Shown in pieces: positions 41,105 to 52,280 of a DNA stretch of 60,632 nucleotides (position 1 is the first letter of the stretch; each line of letters begins with the position of its first letter). The DNA is taken from sequence record SRR22947727_834. One strand, written 5' to 3'. Under the pieces are notes generated by a model, which was not told where the DNA came from, ran no database searches, and was given only the letters and a program-made list of their open reading frames with translations. A program made the position numbers and the translations under genes.

Positions 41105-42637
41105 TTAGAGTGGAATGTTGTCATGTTTTTTCCATGGGTTTTTCAGGGATTTTCCCCGCAAACTGGCAAATGCCCGGCACACCCGGCGACGCGTGGAAGC
41201 TGGCATGATCACCTCGTCGATGAACCCTTTTTCAGCCGCAACGAAAGGATTGGCGAAGCGTTCTTCATAGTCTTTCGTATGCTGGGCAATCTTCTCAGCA
41301 TCCCCCAGATCAGCACGATGGATGATCTCGGTTGCCCCTTTGGCGCCCATCACCGCAATCTCGGCTGTGGGCCAAGCGTAGTTGAAATCACCGCGCAGAT
41401 GTTTGGAGGCCATCACATCATAGGCGCCGCCATAGGCTTTGCGCGTAATGACCGTCACCTTGGGCACCGTGGCCTCACCATAGGCAAACAAGAGTTTGGC
41501 TCCGTGCTTGATCACGCCACCATATTCCTGCCCTGTTCCGGGAAGAAAGCCGGGCACGTCCACGAGCGTGAGGATTGGGATTTCAAAGGCATCACAGAAC
41601 CGGACAAAACGCGCGGCCTTGCGGCTGGCGTCAATATCCAAACAGCCGGCCAAAACTGTCGGCTGATTGGCCACAACCCCAACGGTGGAGCCTTCCATGC
41701 GAATAAAGCCGGTGAGGATATTTTTGGCAAATTCCTCTTGGATCTCATAAAAATCGCCTTCATCAGCGATTTTATGGATCAGCTCTTTCATGTCATAAGG
41801 CTGGTTCGGGTTCGCAGGGATCAGCGTGTCCAAACTGTTATCCACGCGAAGCGGATCGTCAAAGAATGGCCGGACAGGCGGTTTCTCGCGATTGTTGAGC
41901 GGCAAAAAATCCACCAGACGCCGGACTTCTGTCAGGGCCTCAACGTCATTCTCAAAGGCCCCATCGGCCACGGATGATTTCTTCGTATGGGTGACCGCGC
42001 CACCGAGCTCTTCGGCCGTTACCACCTCATTGGTCACAGTCTTGACCACATCAGGGCCTGTCACAAACATATAGCTGCTGTCTTTGACCATGAAGATGAA
42101 ATCAGTCATCGCCGGCGAATAGACCGCGCCGCCAGCACAGGGGCCCATGATCACGCTGATCTGCGGCACGACGCCGGAGGCCATAACATTGCGTTGAAAC
42201 ACCTCTGCGTAACCGGCCAAAGAGGCGACGCCCTCTTGAATCCGTGCGCCACCAGAATCGTTTAATCCGATCACAGGTGCACCGTTTTGCATCGCCATAT
42301 CCATGATTTTACAGATTTTCTCCGCATGGGTTTCTGACAATGAGCCCCCAAAAACCGTGAAATCTTGACTATAAACATAGACCATGCGTCCATTGACCGT
42401 ACCCCAGCCAGTGACCACGCCATCGCCAGGGTAGGTTTGCTCTTGCATGCCGAAATCCACGCAGCGGTGAGCTTTGAACATATCAAATTCTTCAAAACTA
42501 CCCTCATCAAGCAGCAAATCAATCCGCTCGCGCGCGGTGAGTTTCCCCTTCGCATGCTGCGCATCAATCCGGCGCTGACCGCCGCCCATCCGCGCAATGT
42601 CACGCCGGCTTTGTAATTCATTCAAAATATTCGTCAT
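41105..42637 (-). CDS. pccB: Propionyl-CoA carboxylase beta subunit (carboxyltransferase)
   Basis: [65 protein letters not shown]. Confidence 0.97.
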   Translation of the reverse strand: MTNILNELQSRRDIARMGGGQRRIDAQHAKGKLTARERIDLLLDEGSFEEFDMFKAHRCVDFGMQEQTYPGDGVVTGWGTVNGRMVYVYSQDFTVFGGSLSETHAEKICKIMDMAMQNGAPVIGLNDSGGARIQEGVASLAGYAEVFQRNVMASGVVPQISVIMGPCAGGAVYSPAMTDFIFMVKDSSYMFVTGPDVVKTVTNEVVTAEELGGAVTHTKKSSVADGAFENDVEALTEVRRLVDFLPLNNREKPPVRPFFDDPLRVDNSLDTLIPANPNQPYDMKELIHKIADEGDFYEIQEEFAKNILTGFIRMEGSTVGVVANQPTVLAGCLDIDASRKAARFVRFCDAFEIPILTLVDVPGFLPGTGQEYGGVIKHGAKLLFAYGEATVPKVTVITRKAYGGAYDVMASKHLRGDFNYAWPTAEIAVMGAKGATEIIHRADLGDAEKIAQHTKDYEERFANPFVAAEKGFIDEVIMPASTRRRVCRAFASLRGKSLKNPWKKHDNIPL

Positions 42638-42696
42638 GGCAGATCCTCTTTGCGCGACCATAGCCTCCCCGGCCGACAAAGCGAAGGCGAATTTGG

Positions 42697-42748
42697 AATA
42701 TTTGCAAATATTTTGCGGCAACAATCTGCATAACTGAATAATTGCAAA
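42697..42748. promoter_or_regulatory. PccR-type TTTGCAAA operator region upstream of pccB
   Basis: Perfect 16-bp palindrome AATATTTGCAAATATT (42697-42712) plus ATTGCAAA (42741-42748). Confidence 0.7.
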
Positions 42749-42788
42749 GAGTCTGGACAAGCCCAACAGGCGGCGATAGCGATTTACA

Positions 42789-44018
42789 ATGAGTAGTCAT
42801 TCCCGCTCCAAGTTCTTGGACAATTCCACACCGCCCAGCATCTTCACACTGATTTGCCTCTCGGCAGTCGGCGCTCTCGGTCTCAGCATCTTTCTACCTT
42901 CGCTGCCCTCAATGGCACAGACGTTCAATGTCAGCTACGCCAGCGCCACGCTCTCCGTAAGTCTGTATTTGGCAATGAATGCGGTCTTCCAACTCTTTGT
43001 CGGCCCGCTGTCGGATCGCTACGGACGCCGGCCCGTGGTCATGGTCGCCTTGGCCATTTTTTGCAGCGCCTCATTGGGCTGCATTATTGCCCCCTCTTTT
43101 GAGGTTTTTCTGGTCTGCCGCTTGCTGCAGGCGGTTGTGGTCACCGGCCTGGTTCTGTCCCGCGCGGCGATTCGCGACACCTGCAGCCAAGATCAAGCAG
43201 CTTCCGTGCTGGGATACGTCACAATGGGCATGGCCATCTTGCCCCTCATCGGACCCGCAATGGGCGGTGGCTTAGAGGCACAATTTGGCTGGGTGGCGAG
43301 TTTTTGGCTCCTGCTCGGCGTTGGCATTTTCGTCTTTGCCCTGACCTATTTGGACATGGGCGAGACCAATCTGCATCAAACCAACTCAATGGCAGAGCAG
43401 TTTCGCGCCTATCCTGAGCTTCTGAAGTCTCGTCGCTTTTGGGGCTATTGCCTGACCGCCAGCTTCAGCGCCGGTGCCTATTTCGCCTATCTGGGCGGCG
43501 GCGCCTATGTTGGCCGTGAAATATTTGGCCTATCGCCTGCCGCTTTGGGATTTTACCTCGGCGCGCCTTCATTGGGCTATATCGTTGGGAATGGCATATC
43601 AGGGCGTTTCTCCAACACGCTAGGGGTCAACCGAATGGTGCTGATCGGCACGATTTTGACCTGCCTGGGATTGGTCCTGAGCATCAGCTTGTTCCTCTTC
43701 ACTGACGCGCAACCGATATCCTTCTTTGGCTGTGTCTGCTTTATGGGCCTTGGCAATGGTATGGTTCTGCCGAACGCCACGGCGGGCATGATGTTCGTCC
43801 GGCCGCATTTGGCCGGCTCCGCCTCTGGCATTGGCGGCACAATCAACACCGGCGGCGGCGCATTGATCGCAATTGGCACCGGGGCCATATTGGTCCCCGG
43901 GACCGGCGCTTTGCCCCTGCTGCTGATCATGCTCGCCACTACCAGCCTGTCCATTTTGACCATCACCTATGTGATCAAACGCACCAGTGATCTTGAAATC
44001 GCAAACCCGCAAAGTTGA
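42789..44018 (+). CDS. Bcr/CflA family MFS transporter
   Basis: [19 protein letters not shown] (MFS motif A), about 12 TM. Confidence 0.9.
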   Translation: MSSHSRSKFLDNSTPPSIFTLICLSAVGALGLSIFLPSLPSMAQTFNVSYASATLSVSLYLAMNAVFQLFVGPLSDRYGRRPVVMVALAIFCSASLGCIIAPSFEVFLVCRLLQAVVVTGLVLSRAAIRDTCSQDQAASVLGYVTMGMAILPLIGPAMGGGLEAQFGWVASFWLLLGVGIFVFALTYLDMGETNLHQTNSMAEQFRAYPELLKSRRFWGYCLTASFSAGAYFAYLGGGAYVGREIFGLSPAALGFYLGAPSLGYIVGNGISGRFSNTLGVNRMVLIGTILTCLGLVLSISLFLFTDAQPISFFGCVCFMGLGNGMVLPNATAGMMFVRPHLAGSASGIGGTINTGGGALIAIGTGAILVPGTGALPLLLIMLATTSLSILTITYVIKRTSDLEIANPQS

Positions 44019-44029
44019 GTTTGCAAACT
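44018..44029. promoter_or_regulatory. TTTGCAAA palindrome upstream of pccR (candidate autoregulatory site)
   Basis: AGTTTGCAAACT perfect 12-bp palindrome 20 nt before the ATG. Confidence 0.55.
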
Positions 44030-44049
44030 TGCCATGCTAGCAGGTTCCT

Positions 44050-45444
44050 ATGGCCAAACAAAAACTCTATGCCGGCACGAAACTGCGCGAATTACGGCGC
44101 AAGGTTGATCTCACCCAGCGGGAATTTTCCGAGCGGCTGGAGGTCTCGCTGCCCTATCTCAATCAAATGGAAAACAACAACCGCCCAGTGTCTGCGGCGG
44201 TGATTCTGGCTTTGGCTGATGTCTTTGGTTTTGACGTCACCGAACTTGTATCAGGCGACAACGCGCGATTGGTCAGCGATATGCGCGAAGCGGCCACTGA
44301 TCCGATCTTTGGCGCCGATGCACCGCATCTGGCCGATATCCGAATGGCCGCCAACAACGCCCCCGGATTGGCGCGCGCATTTTTGCAGCTGCATCGGGCC
44401 TATCGGGAAACCCATGAGCGGCTCGCGTCTCTGGATGAAGCCCTCGGCCGCGCCGACAGCCGCCTACAATCCAGCCCTTGGGAAGAGGTTCGAGATTTTT
44501 TCCACTATTGTGACAACTATATTGATGCCGTGGACCGCGCGGCGGAGCGCTTCGCCGCTGACGCCAAAGGCAGCATCCAGGCCCATGCGATTGCCAGGCT
44601 TGAAGCCCATGGCGTGACGTTGCGGCGCAGCGGAGGTCCGGCCCTCCGCCGCTATGAGCCCGAGAGTAAAATCCTAACGCTTTCGGCACATCTGCCCGAG
44701 GCAACCGCTACCTTTCAACTCCTGATCCAACTTGCCCTGTTGACACAAAACGATCTTCTGGATGCCACATTGGACTTTGCCAAATTCCATTCACCCGCAG
44801 CCCGCGACATCGCCAAATTGGGCTTGGCCAATTACTACGCCGGGGCCAGCCTCATGCCCTATGGCAGCTTTTTGACCGCCGCACAGGAACTGCGACATGA
44901 TCTGGAGCAATTGGCCGGGAAGTTTGGCGCCAGCATTGAGCAGGTCGCCCATCGCCTCTCCACCTTGCAGCGCAGTGGGCAAAAGGGCTTGCCCTTCTTT
45001 TTTGTCCGTGTCGATCAAGCCGGCACCATTACCAAACGCCATTCGGCCACCTCATTGCAATTCGCCCGTTTTGGCGGCGCATGCCCGCTTTGGAATGTGC
45101 ATCGCGCCTTTGAAACCCCAGGACAGTTTTTAAGGCAAATGGCTGAGACGCCCGACGGGAAACGCTATTTCTGCCTGGCGCGGGATGTGAGCAAATCCGG
45201 CGGCGCATGGGGCGCGCCCGTACGGCGCTATGCCATTGGCTTGGGATGCGAAATGCGGCATGCAGGGTCTTTGGTCTATGCCGACGGGCTGGACACCAGC
45301 GCCAATGCCCAGGTGGAACCCATTGGCATCTCCTGCCGAATCTGTGAGCGCCGCAATTGCCACCAACGCTCCGTGCCACCGCTGGAGCGCAATTTACAGG
45401 TGGATCCGGATCTGCGCGGTATCCTGCCCTATCAAGTGCGATGA
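44050..45444 (+). CDS. pccR: Short-chain fatty acyl-CoA regulator (ScfR/XRE family) PccR
   Basis: N-terminal XRE HTH, HRLSTLQR, RVDQAG.ITKRHSAT, GGACPLW, C-terminal CRICER..C.QR; adjacent to pccB. Confidence 0.9.
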   Translation: MAKQKLYAGTKLRELRRKVDLTQREFSERLEVSLPYLNQMENNNRPVSAAVILALADVFGFDVTELVSGDNARLVSDMREAATDPIFGADAPHLADIRMAANNAPGLARAFLQLHRAYRETHERLASLDEALGRADSRLQSSPWEEVRDFFHYCDNYIDAVDRAAERFAADAKGSIQAHAIARLEAHGVTLRRSGGPALRRYEPESKILTLSAHLPEATATFQLLIQLALLTQNDLLDATLDFAKFHSPAARDIAKLGLANYYAGASLMPYGSFLTAAQELRHDLEQLAGKFGASIEQVAHRLSTLQRSGQKGLPFFFVRVDQAGTITKRHSATSLQFARFGGACPLWNVHRAFETPGQFLRQMAETPDGKRYFCLARDVSKSGGAWGAPVRRYAIGLGCEMRHAGSLVYADGLDTSANAQVEPIGISCRICERRNCHQRSVPPLERNLQVDPDLRGILPYQVR

Positions 45445-45472
45445 GGCGACCGCCTCCTGCACGCACCGATCT

Positions 45473-46927
45473 CTAATAGGGCGCTTCCAATTGGCTCAGG
45501 CGGACATAGACAGATTTAAGCTGTGAGTAATGATTGATCGCGGCCTTCGAGTTTTCACGGCCCACGCCAGAGAGCTTTACACCGCCAAACGGTGCTTCGA
45601 CCGGGGCGTCGTTATAGGTGTTGATATAGCAGGTCCCGGCCTCCAGAGCCTTCACCATCCGATGGGCCCTGGGCAGGTTTTGGGTAAAGACACCAGCCGC
45701 CAGCCCATAGTCCGTATCATTGGCACGGGCCAAAACCTCCGCCTCATCGTCAAATTCTAGAACTGATAAGACGGGCCCAAAAATCTCTTCCTTTGCGATG
45801 GTCATTTGATCCGTCACATCAGTAAACACCGCTGGCGTCAGCCAAAAGCCTGGACGATCCAGCCGTGTGCCACCACAGACGAGCCGCGCCCCTTCCGCCT
45901 TGCCCTTAGCAATGAACCCTTCCACGATATCGCGCTGTCGCTCTGAAACCATCGGTCCGAAATTGCTGGCCTCATCCATGGGATCCCCCAAGACCGCTGT
46001 CGACAGGCGCTCGGAGAGGCGCTTGAGAAAGGCGGGCTTGATGCCCTTTTGGACGAAAACGCGTGTGCCGTTTGAGCAAATCTGCCCAGAGGAATAAAAA
46101 TTGGCCAAGATAGCACCGCTGACCGCAGCCTCCAGTTCGGCATCATCAAAAATGATCAGCGGTGATTTCCCGCCCAGTTCCATGGTCACATGGCGCATAC
46201 CCTCTGCCGCGGCGGCATAGACTTTGCGGCCTGTTGGGAGCGAGCCTGTCAGTGAGACCTTATCCACCAAAGGATCGCTCACCAAGGCCGCCCCCACATT
46301 GCCCAATCCCTGCACCACATTATACAGCCCGGCGGGCAAACCCGCCTCGTGCAAAATTTCCGCCACTTTCAAAGCGCAAAGCGGGGTTGTTTCAGAAGGT
46401 TTAAAGACCATCGCATTGCCGCAGGCCAAAGCGGGCGCGCCTTTCCATGCGGCAATTTGCGTGGGGTAATTCCAAGCGCCAATCCCAACGCAAAGCCCAA
46501 GCGGCTCGCGTATCGTATAGATAAAATCCTCACCAAACTGCACATGCTCCCCGGTGAGACTCCCGGCCAGACCACCAAAATACTCCAAAGCATCCGCCGC
46601 CGAGGTGGCATCAGCCACCAAAGTTTCCTGCAAGGGCTTGCCGGTGTCATAGGTTTCCAGCTCGGACAACGAACGGTTCTGCGCACGCATCATATCCGCC
46701 GCCCGGCGCAATATCCGGCCGCGCTCCGTGCCGGTCATCGCGGCCCAAGCTGGCTGGGCCGCCTTGGCCGCCGCAAGAGCCGCCTGCACGATCTGCGGCG
46801 TTGCACTATGCACCCGGCCGATCACCTCTCCCGTTGCGGGGTAGATCACATCAATCGCGGCGCCCTCTGTGTCTTCAACATAGGCGCCGTTGATAAAATG
46901 GCTGGCGGTGGGTTTTGGATCGATCAT
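45473..46927 (-). CDS. betB: Betaine aldehyde dehydrogenase
   Basis: [49 protein letters not shown]. Confidence 0.88.
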   Translation of the reverse strand: MIDPKPTASHFINGAYVEDTEGAAIDVIYPATGEVIGRVHSATPQIVQAALAAAKAAQPAWAAMTGTERGRILRRAADMMRAQNRSLSELETYDTGKPLQETLVADATSAADALEYFGGLAGSLTGEHVQFGEDFIYTIREPLGLCVGIGAWNYPTQIAAWKGAPALACGNAMVFKPSETTPLCALKVAEILHEAGLPAGLYNVVQGLGNVGAALVSDPLVDKVSLTGSLPTGRKVYAAAAEGMRHVTMELGGKSPLIIFDDAELEAAVSGAILANFYSSGQICSNGTRVFVQKGIKPAFLKRLSERLSTAVLGDPMDEASNFGPMVSERQRDIVEGFIAKGKAEGARLVCGGTRLDRPGFWLTPAVFTDVTDQMTIAKEEIFGPVLSVLEFDDEAEVLARANDTDYGLAAGVFTQNLPRAHRMVKALEAGTCYINTYNDAPVEAPFGGVKLSGVGRENSKAAINHYSQLKSVYVRLSQLEAPY

Positions 46928-47817
46928 AGGGGGGTCTTTCTTTCTCGTTTTCGTTTCAACTGCGCCTCCCGCAGAGTGAGGTACAACACGGAACCAACAA
47001 TAATCGTCCCGCCCAGAATAACCAAAGCATCTATATGCTCGCCAAAAAGGAAATATCCCGTGGCAACAGACCAAATCAGCTGCAAAAACCCAACCGGTTG
47101 CGTGACGGTCAGCGGCGCAGATCGGAAGGCAAATGTCATTGAGTAATGCCCCGCGACGGCGAAAGTGGCGACGGCCATGAGCATTCCAACTTCAAAGCTC
47201 GTGGGCGCAATCCAGACGGGGATTGTGAGCGGGATAAGCCCGATGGTCACACCAACCGACAATAGCGCCACGACCATGTCCGCACTGGCCAAATCGGTCA
47301 GGCGCTTGGCAATGAGGTAGCTCACCCCAAAACATAGGGTTGTGCCCAGCATGGCGATATGGCCCGGTGTAATCTCACGAATACCCGGCCGCAAGATAAC
47401 CAAAACTCCCAAAATCGCCACGACAATCGCCAGCCCCCGGCGCAGCGCCAAACGCTCGCCCAGAATAACAACCGCTCCCAATGTCACGAATATTGGCGTC
47501 AAATATCCCATAGCAGAGACCTCCGCCACGGGAATACGGGCCATGGCATAGAACCAAAGTGTCACGGCAAAAGTATGCAAAAACGCGCGCCCTGCGCCGA
47601 GTTTGGTCACTTGCCACGTGAGCCCCTCACGCAATAAGCCACGCAGAACCGGCAGCAAGAACACCAGGCCTAACGCATAGCGCAGAAAGGCACTTTCAGC
47701 GGCCGGCAGGCGCGTGCCCACCAATTTTACGCCGACATAAACGCCGATGAAACAAAGCCCTGACAGCCCCATCCACAATGCGCCAACAATCGGCCTATCC
47801 GCAGCTTTCTCGCTCAT
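46924..47817 (-). CDS. DMT/EamA family transporter
   Basis: About 10 hydrophobic segments, two EamA repeats (GE motifs); ATGA overlap with betB. Confidence 0.88.
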   Translation of the reverse strand: MSEKAADRPIVGALWMGLSGLCFIGVYVGVKLVGTRLPAAESAFLRYALGLVFLLPVLRGLLREGLTWQVTKLGAGRAFLHTFAVTLWFYAMARIPVAEVSAMGYLTPIFVTLGAVVILGERLALRRGLAIVVAILGVLVILRPGIREITPGHIAMLGTTLCFGVSYLIAKRLTDLASADMVVALLSVGVTIGLIPLTIPVWIAPTSFEVGMLMAVATFAVAGHYSMTFAFRSAPLTVTQPVGFLQLIWSVATGYFLFGEHIDALVILGGTIIVGSVLYLTLREAQLKRKRERKTPL

Positions 47818-47868
47818 AAGCAATGGCTTTCATGCCGCATCAAAAGAGGCAAGAGAAATTTCGCCGCC

Positions 47869-49269
47869 CTAACCCACCAAGGACGGCAGCCACAGAACAA
47901 TTCCCGGAAAGGCGACCAAAAGCGCGATTGTGACACCATCCGCAAGGAAGAAGGGGGTGACGCCTTTGAACACATCCTGCACCGTCAAATCATCGCGCAC
48001 GCCTGCGACCACAAAGCAATTGAGGCCGATGGGCGGGGTGATCAGACAGAACTCCGCCATTTTCACCACCAATATCCCAAACCAAATCGCACACATCGTG
48101 CCATTCATGCCAAAGGCGCTGTCAGCCGCAGTCACAAATTCACCACCATTGAGTGCCATGACGGCCGGGTAGACCACTGGCAACGTCAAAAGCAACATGC
48201 CAATCGCATCCATGAACATGCCCAAAACCGCATAGGCCAAAAGGATGCAGATCAGAATAAGCAAAGGCGCCATGTCCAGGCTGGTAATCCAATCAGAAAA
48301 CACCCCCGGAAGATCGGCAAATCCCAAGAACCGCACATAAATCAGCACGCCCCAAATGATTGAGAAGATCATCACGGTCAATTTGGCCGTTTCAAGCAGA
48401 GCATCTTTCAGCTGAGCCCAGCGCATACCACGGTAGAGCGCCATCAGAAACACGATGAACGCGCCGACGGCGCCACCTTCTGTGGGTGTGCCCCAGGCAT
48501 CCCCAAAGGGATTGTAAACAAAGAAGATGATAATCACGACCACAGCGACAATCGGCAAAGCCGGTGGCAGGGCTGCAAAACGTTCGCGCCAAGTGAAGCC
48601 TGTCACCGGTGGGCCAACGTTTTTGAAGATCACTGCAATACCAATGATGAGCCCGGCATAGACCAAAGCCGAAAAAGCACCGGGAATAAAGCCCGCCAAC
48701 AGCAGCTTTCCCACATCCTGCTCAACGATAATCGCGTAGATGACCAAAATAGCAGAGGGCGGAATGAGCGACGCCAAAGTCCCGCCAGCCGCCACAACGC
48801 CAGCGGCAAATTGCTTATTATAGCCGATTTTCAGCATCTCAGGGATCGCAATCCGCGCAAAAACCGCCGCCGTGGCCACCGATGCACCAGAAACCGCCGC
48901 AAAGCCTGCTGTCGCGAAAACCGTAGAGACCGCAAGACCGCCAGGCACCCAAGCGATCCACCGTTTCGCGGCCTCAAAAAGGGCCGTGGTCAACTTGGCA
49001 TAATAGGCCAAATAGCCGATCAAAATAAACGTCGGAATAAGGCTCAAGGCCTGCGCAGCTATTTTTGAATGCGGCACTTGGCCGGCAATTTTTACGCTAA
49101 TGGTCAGGGCTTTGCCAAATTTTGCCGGGTCATAGTCAAAGCCGTTCCAGCGCAACCAAAACAAGCCAACAAAGCCCGCAAGACCCGCGGCAAAAGCCAC
49201 CCGCATACCGATGAAAACCAAAACCAGCATGCCGCCGGTGGTCCATAGACCTATTGAAATAGGATCCAT
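47869..49269 (-). CDS. dctM: TRAP transporter large permease
   Basis: SGASVATA, GGTLASLIPPS, TPTE, ITPPIGLN. Confidence 0.93.
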   Translation of the reverse strand: MDPISIGLWTTGGMLVLVFIGMRVAFAAGLAGFVGLFWLRWNGFDYDPAKFGKALTISVKIAGQVPHSKIAAQALSLIPTFILIGYLAYYAKLTTALFEAAKRWIAWVPGGLAVSTVFATAGFAAVSGASVATAAVFARIAIPEMLKIGYNKQFAAGVVAAGGTLASLIPPSAILVIYAIIVEQDVGKLLLAGFIPGAFSALVYAGLIIGIAVIFKNVGPPVTGFTWRERFAALPPALPIVAVVVIIIFFVYNPFGDAWGTPTEGGAVGAFIVFLMALYRGMRWAQLKDALLETAKLTVMIFSIIWGVLIYVRFLGFADLPGVFSDWITSLDMAPLLILICILLAYAVLGMFMDAIGMLLLTLPVVYPAVMALNGGEFVTAADSAFGMNGTMCAIWFGILVVKMAEFCLITPPIGLNCFVVAGVRDDLTVQDVFKGVTPFFLADGVTIALLVAFPGIVLWLPSLVG

Positions 49270-49898
49270 CACTCTTGCTCCGCCAAATGGGCCGCTTCTG
49301 CCATGGCCTGTTCTTCGATTGTTAAGATCAAGGGCACAGCCACCGGGCGCTCCAGTCCGAGGACCAATGCACGGCCATAGCCAATAATCTGCAAGACGAG
49401 CCGCACCGCCAAAAGCGAGAAGGCGACGGGAACCAGAAGTTTGGCCGGCCACATCGGAATGCCGATATCAATCGAGCTGTCACGGCTCCAAAGAGGTTTG
49501 GCGAAATCAAAACTGCGGTCAAAATGCGCCCAAGAGCCCCAGATCAGCGCCAAAATAACGACCAAAACCAACGTCACAGTCAGAAGCTCCAACGCCCAGA
49601 GCACCCGACCTCGCATCTTACCGATGATCATATCCATACGAATATGACCCCCGAAACGTTGCACATAGGACACTCCCATAAAGGCAATCACCGGCATGGC
49701 CGCCTCGATATAGTCGACATAACCATTCAAGGGCTGGTTGAAAAACTTGCGGCCTGAAACAGAGTAAGCCGCGAGAAACATGAGTGAAAATACGGCCAAT
49801 CCGCTGAATAATGCAAAGATGCGCTCAACGGGCAAAAGCGCGCGATCAGCGCGGCTGAGCCAGGACTCGTCTTGCAGAACAGATGAGGAGGAAGCCAT
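49269..49898 (-). CDS. dctQ: TRAP transporter small permease
   Basis: Four TM, GHIRMD motif; between dctP and dctM. Confidence 0.9.
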   Translation of the reverse strand: MASSSSVLQDESWLSRADRALLPVERIFALFSGLAVFSLMFLAAYSVSGRKFFNQPLNGYVDYIEAAMPVIAFMGVSYVQRFGGHIRMDMIIGKMRGRVLWALELLTVTLVLVVILALIWGSWAHFDRSFDFAKPLWSRDSSIDIGIPMWPAKLLVPVAFSLLAVRLVLQIIGYGRALVLGLERPVAVPLILTIEEQAMAEAAHLAEQE

Positions 49899-49938
49899 AG
49901 CGTCCCTTTCGGGTTAAATTGACAGCGCGTAAAATATC

Positions 49939-49971
49939 AAAACACCTGCCCCTCGCGAAAAGGGGCAGGTG
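49939..49971 (-). terminator. Terminator/stabilising hairpin after dctP
   Basis: CACCTGCCCCT/AGGGGCAGGTG 11-bp stem followed by TTTT on the minus strand. Confidence 0.75.
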
Positions 49972-49979
49972 CGATTGGA

Positions 49980-50996
49980 TTAATTGCCCTTACGGGTGTT
50001 TTCCAAAGTGGTCATGACAAGGTCAAACAATTCTTGACCAGGAATGCCCTGCGCTTCCATATCGGCAATCCAAGCCGCACGGATTGGATCGGCGGCTTGT
50101 GCGCGGAACGCTGACAATTCGGCATCGCTGATGGTGACTTTTTCAACACCTTTTTCGGCCAGAACGTCATCCCAGCGCTGCAGCAATTTGGCATAGTTTT
50201 CGAGATAATATTCAATCGACTCGTCAACGGATTCATCCAACACAGCGCGGTGCGCATCAGACAGGCTTTCATAGGCATCGATGTTGACGACAACCGGACA
50301 GTTCACAGTGCCTGGGTTCAGATTCTCCGTCCACCAATCCGCACGATTGATTGTGCCATAGGACAAATGCGCATGCTGCGCAAAGGCCACGGTGTCCACA
50401 ACACCCGATTCCATCGCTTGATAGGCTTCGGTTGCTGTCACGGATGTGGGCACACTGCCAACCGCCGCGAATGCTTTGCCCAGACCACCTGTGGCTCGCA
50501 CGCGCATACCTTCGAAATCCGCTAGGGTCGAACGCGGATCACCAGTGCCAACGATGTTATATTGAGGCATCGGTGAGGTCATAAGCAAACGCGCATTCCA
50601 CTGTGCCATTTCTTCGGTCGCTGCCGGATGGGCATAGACTGCATGACTAACCGCAACTTCTTCTGCCAAATTTGCAACGCCTAAGAACGGCAGTTCCAAA
50701 ACAGTCACCACACGGTTTTTGTCTGGATGATAGCCGGCACAGAATTGCGCCATTTCAAAGGCCCCAATAGAAATCCCATCGAGGTTTTCGCGGTTTTTTG
50801 ACAGACCGCCGTAGCTGACATTCATCGTGAATTCGCCATTGGTTTTCGCCGAGACCAATTCTGCCAATTTCTCAACATGCTCGGTAAACGCCCGACGCTT
50901 GCCCCATACAGAAACATTCCACTCTGTGGCGATGGCCTCGCCAGCAAAGGCAACTGTCAATGCAGCAATGGCCGTCTTCATTCCTAGATTTTTCAT
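49980..50996 (-). CDS. dctP: TRAP transporter substrate-binding protein
   Basis: Signal peptide, LELPF, D..GMRVRA (conserved Arg), E.YQAM.SGVVD. Confidence 0.92.
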   Translation of the reverse strand: MKNLGMKTAIAALTVAFAGEAIATEWNVSVWGKRRAFTEHVEKLAELVSAKTNGEFTMNVSYGGLSKNRENLDGISIGAFEMAQFCAGYHPDKNRVVTVLELPFLGVANLAEEVAVSHAVYAHPAATEEMAQWNARLLMTSPMPQYNIVGTGDPRSTLADFEGMRVRATGGLGKAFAAVGSVPTSVTATEAYQAMESGVVDTVAFAQHAHLSYGTINRADWWTENLNPGTVNCPVVVNIDAYESLSDAHRAVLDESVDESIEYYLENYAKLLQRWDDVLAEKGVEKVTISDAELSAFRAQAADPIRAAWIADMEAQGIPGQELFDLVMTTLENTRKGN

Positions 50997-51120
50997 AGTA
51001 TCCTCCCAGATATTAAGCCAAACTTAATTTGGCTTCCGGGAGACGATAGCGCAATAGGCACCCATTGGAAGGGGAGAGTAGGGCTTTTTTGCAAAATTCC
51101 ATTTTATTTCGTAGAATCTT

Positions 51121-52182
51121 TCAAGGATCAGAGGGGCGCAAGTCCCGGGCCGGCAAGCAGGTCGCGCGCTCAGCCAAGCTGATCTGACATTTCCGGCGCA
51201 CCAGCTGCCCCGTGGCTTTCACTCCTTCGGACTGAGCGATCAAACCACACATTTCGCGCCCCGCCAAACCGCCAATTTCTTCGGCAGGAAAATGGATCGT
51301 GGTCAGCGCCGGCTCCATCTCTTTGCTGCCTTTGAAGTCCCCTATTCCCAAAATAGACAGGTCTTCTGGCACCCGTAACCCCCGCTCGAATGCGGCATAA
51401 ATTGCCCCTTGCGCGATCACATCATTGCCGCACAGAAGGGCCGTAGGGCGTTCCGGCAGGTCGAACAAGGCGCCGCAAGCGTCCTTCGCTTCTGCGATAT
51501 TATAAGGGGCCTGTATGGTCCATGCTTCTGGCGGCTCGGCCTGCTGGTGGCGCAATTGCACCAAAGCCCCCTGCAACCTCCCCCGCGCGCGATCATTGCC
51601 AACAGTCTTGGGAAACACCAAGGCAATCCGCCTGTGCCCCAAATCGAGTACATGTCTCGCGGCCATCTCCCCCGCCTCGCTATTGGCAGCCCCAACGCAG
51701 GAAATGCGGCTATCCTCTTCATAGTTCCAGATTGAAATCACCGGAACGGCCTGTTGCTCCAAAAGCTGGAAGGTCGGTTCAGAATGATCCAGACCAATCA
51801 ATGCCACCCCATCTACCCGGTGCTCGAGAAATTTTCGCAATACAGCATACTCGCGCTCCAAATCGAATCCATGGCTGGCGATCAATAGGGTAAAGCCAGC
51901 CTGATCCACCGCATCCGAAAAGCTTTGGATGACCTCGGCAAAGATCGCGTGATCAATGGTTGGGACGATCAAACCAATCGTGCCACTGCGCCGCCCATGC
52001 ATCGCCTGCGCCGCCCGATTGCGAATATAACCCAAAGCCTTCACGGATTTTTCAATCTTTTTACGAGTCGCAAGATTCACCAAATTCGGGTGGTTAAAGC
52101 TGCGAGAAACCGTCGAAATTGAGACCCCTGCCCGGCGCGCGACATCGACGATATCCGCCTTACCTCCCTGCTTTAATGACAT
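51121..52182 (-). CDS. LacI family transcriptional regulator (divergent from tct-sauST)
   Basis: DVARRAGVSISTVSR HTH, LGY..N.AA, C.ND..A.G, VPEDLS..G, LTTI. Confidence 0.93.
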   Translation of the reverse strand: MSLKQGGKADIVDVARRAGVSISTVSRSFNHPNLVNLATRKKIEKSVKALGYIRNRAAQAMHGRRSGTIGLIVPTIDHAIFAEVIQSFSDAVDQAGFTLLIASHGFDLEREYAVLRKFLEHRVDGVALIGLDHSEPTFQLLEQQAVPVISIWNYEEDSRISCVGAANSEAGEMAARHVLDLGHRRIALVFPKTVGNDRARGRLQGALVQLRHQQAEPPEAWTIQAPYNIAEAKDACGALFDLPERPTALLCGNDVIAQGAIYAAFERGLRVPEDLSILGIGDFKGSKEMEPALTTIHFPAEEIGGLAGREMCGLIAQSEGVKATGQLVRRKCQISLAERATCLPARDLRPSDP

Positions 52183-52206
52183 AAAAACCTCATTTTGGTA
52201 AATTTT

Positions 52207-52222
52207 ATGAAAACGTTTGCAT
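52207..52222. promoter_or_regulatory. LacI-family operator
   Basis: ATGAAAACGTTTGCAT fits TGNAANCGNTTNCA; overlaps possible -35 TTGCAT (N16) -10 TACTCT of tctA. Confidence 0.75.
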
Positions 52223-52280
52223 TACTATTTTCATCGCCTACTCTGATAAGTCAACGGCAACACAGGACTGTGGATCACCA

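Noticed and set aside
40754..41977. 407-aa plus-strand ORF
   Set aside because: Antisense shadow of pccB and the adjacent small ORF; no independent coding signal
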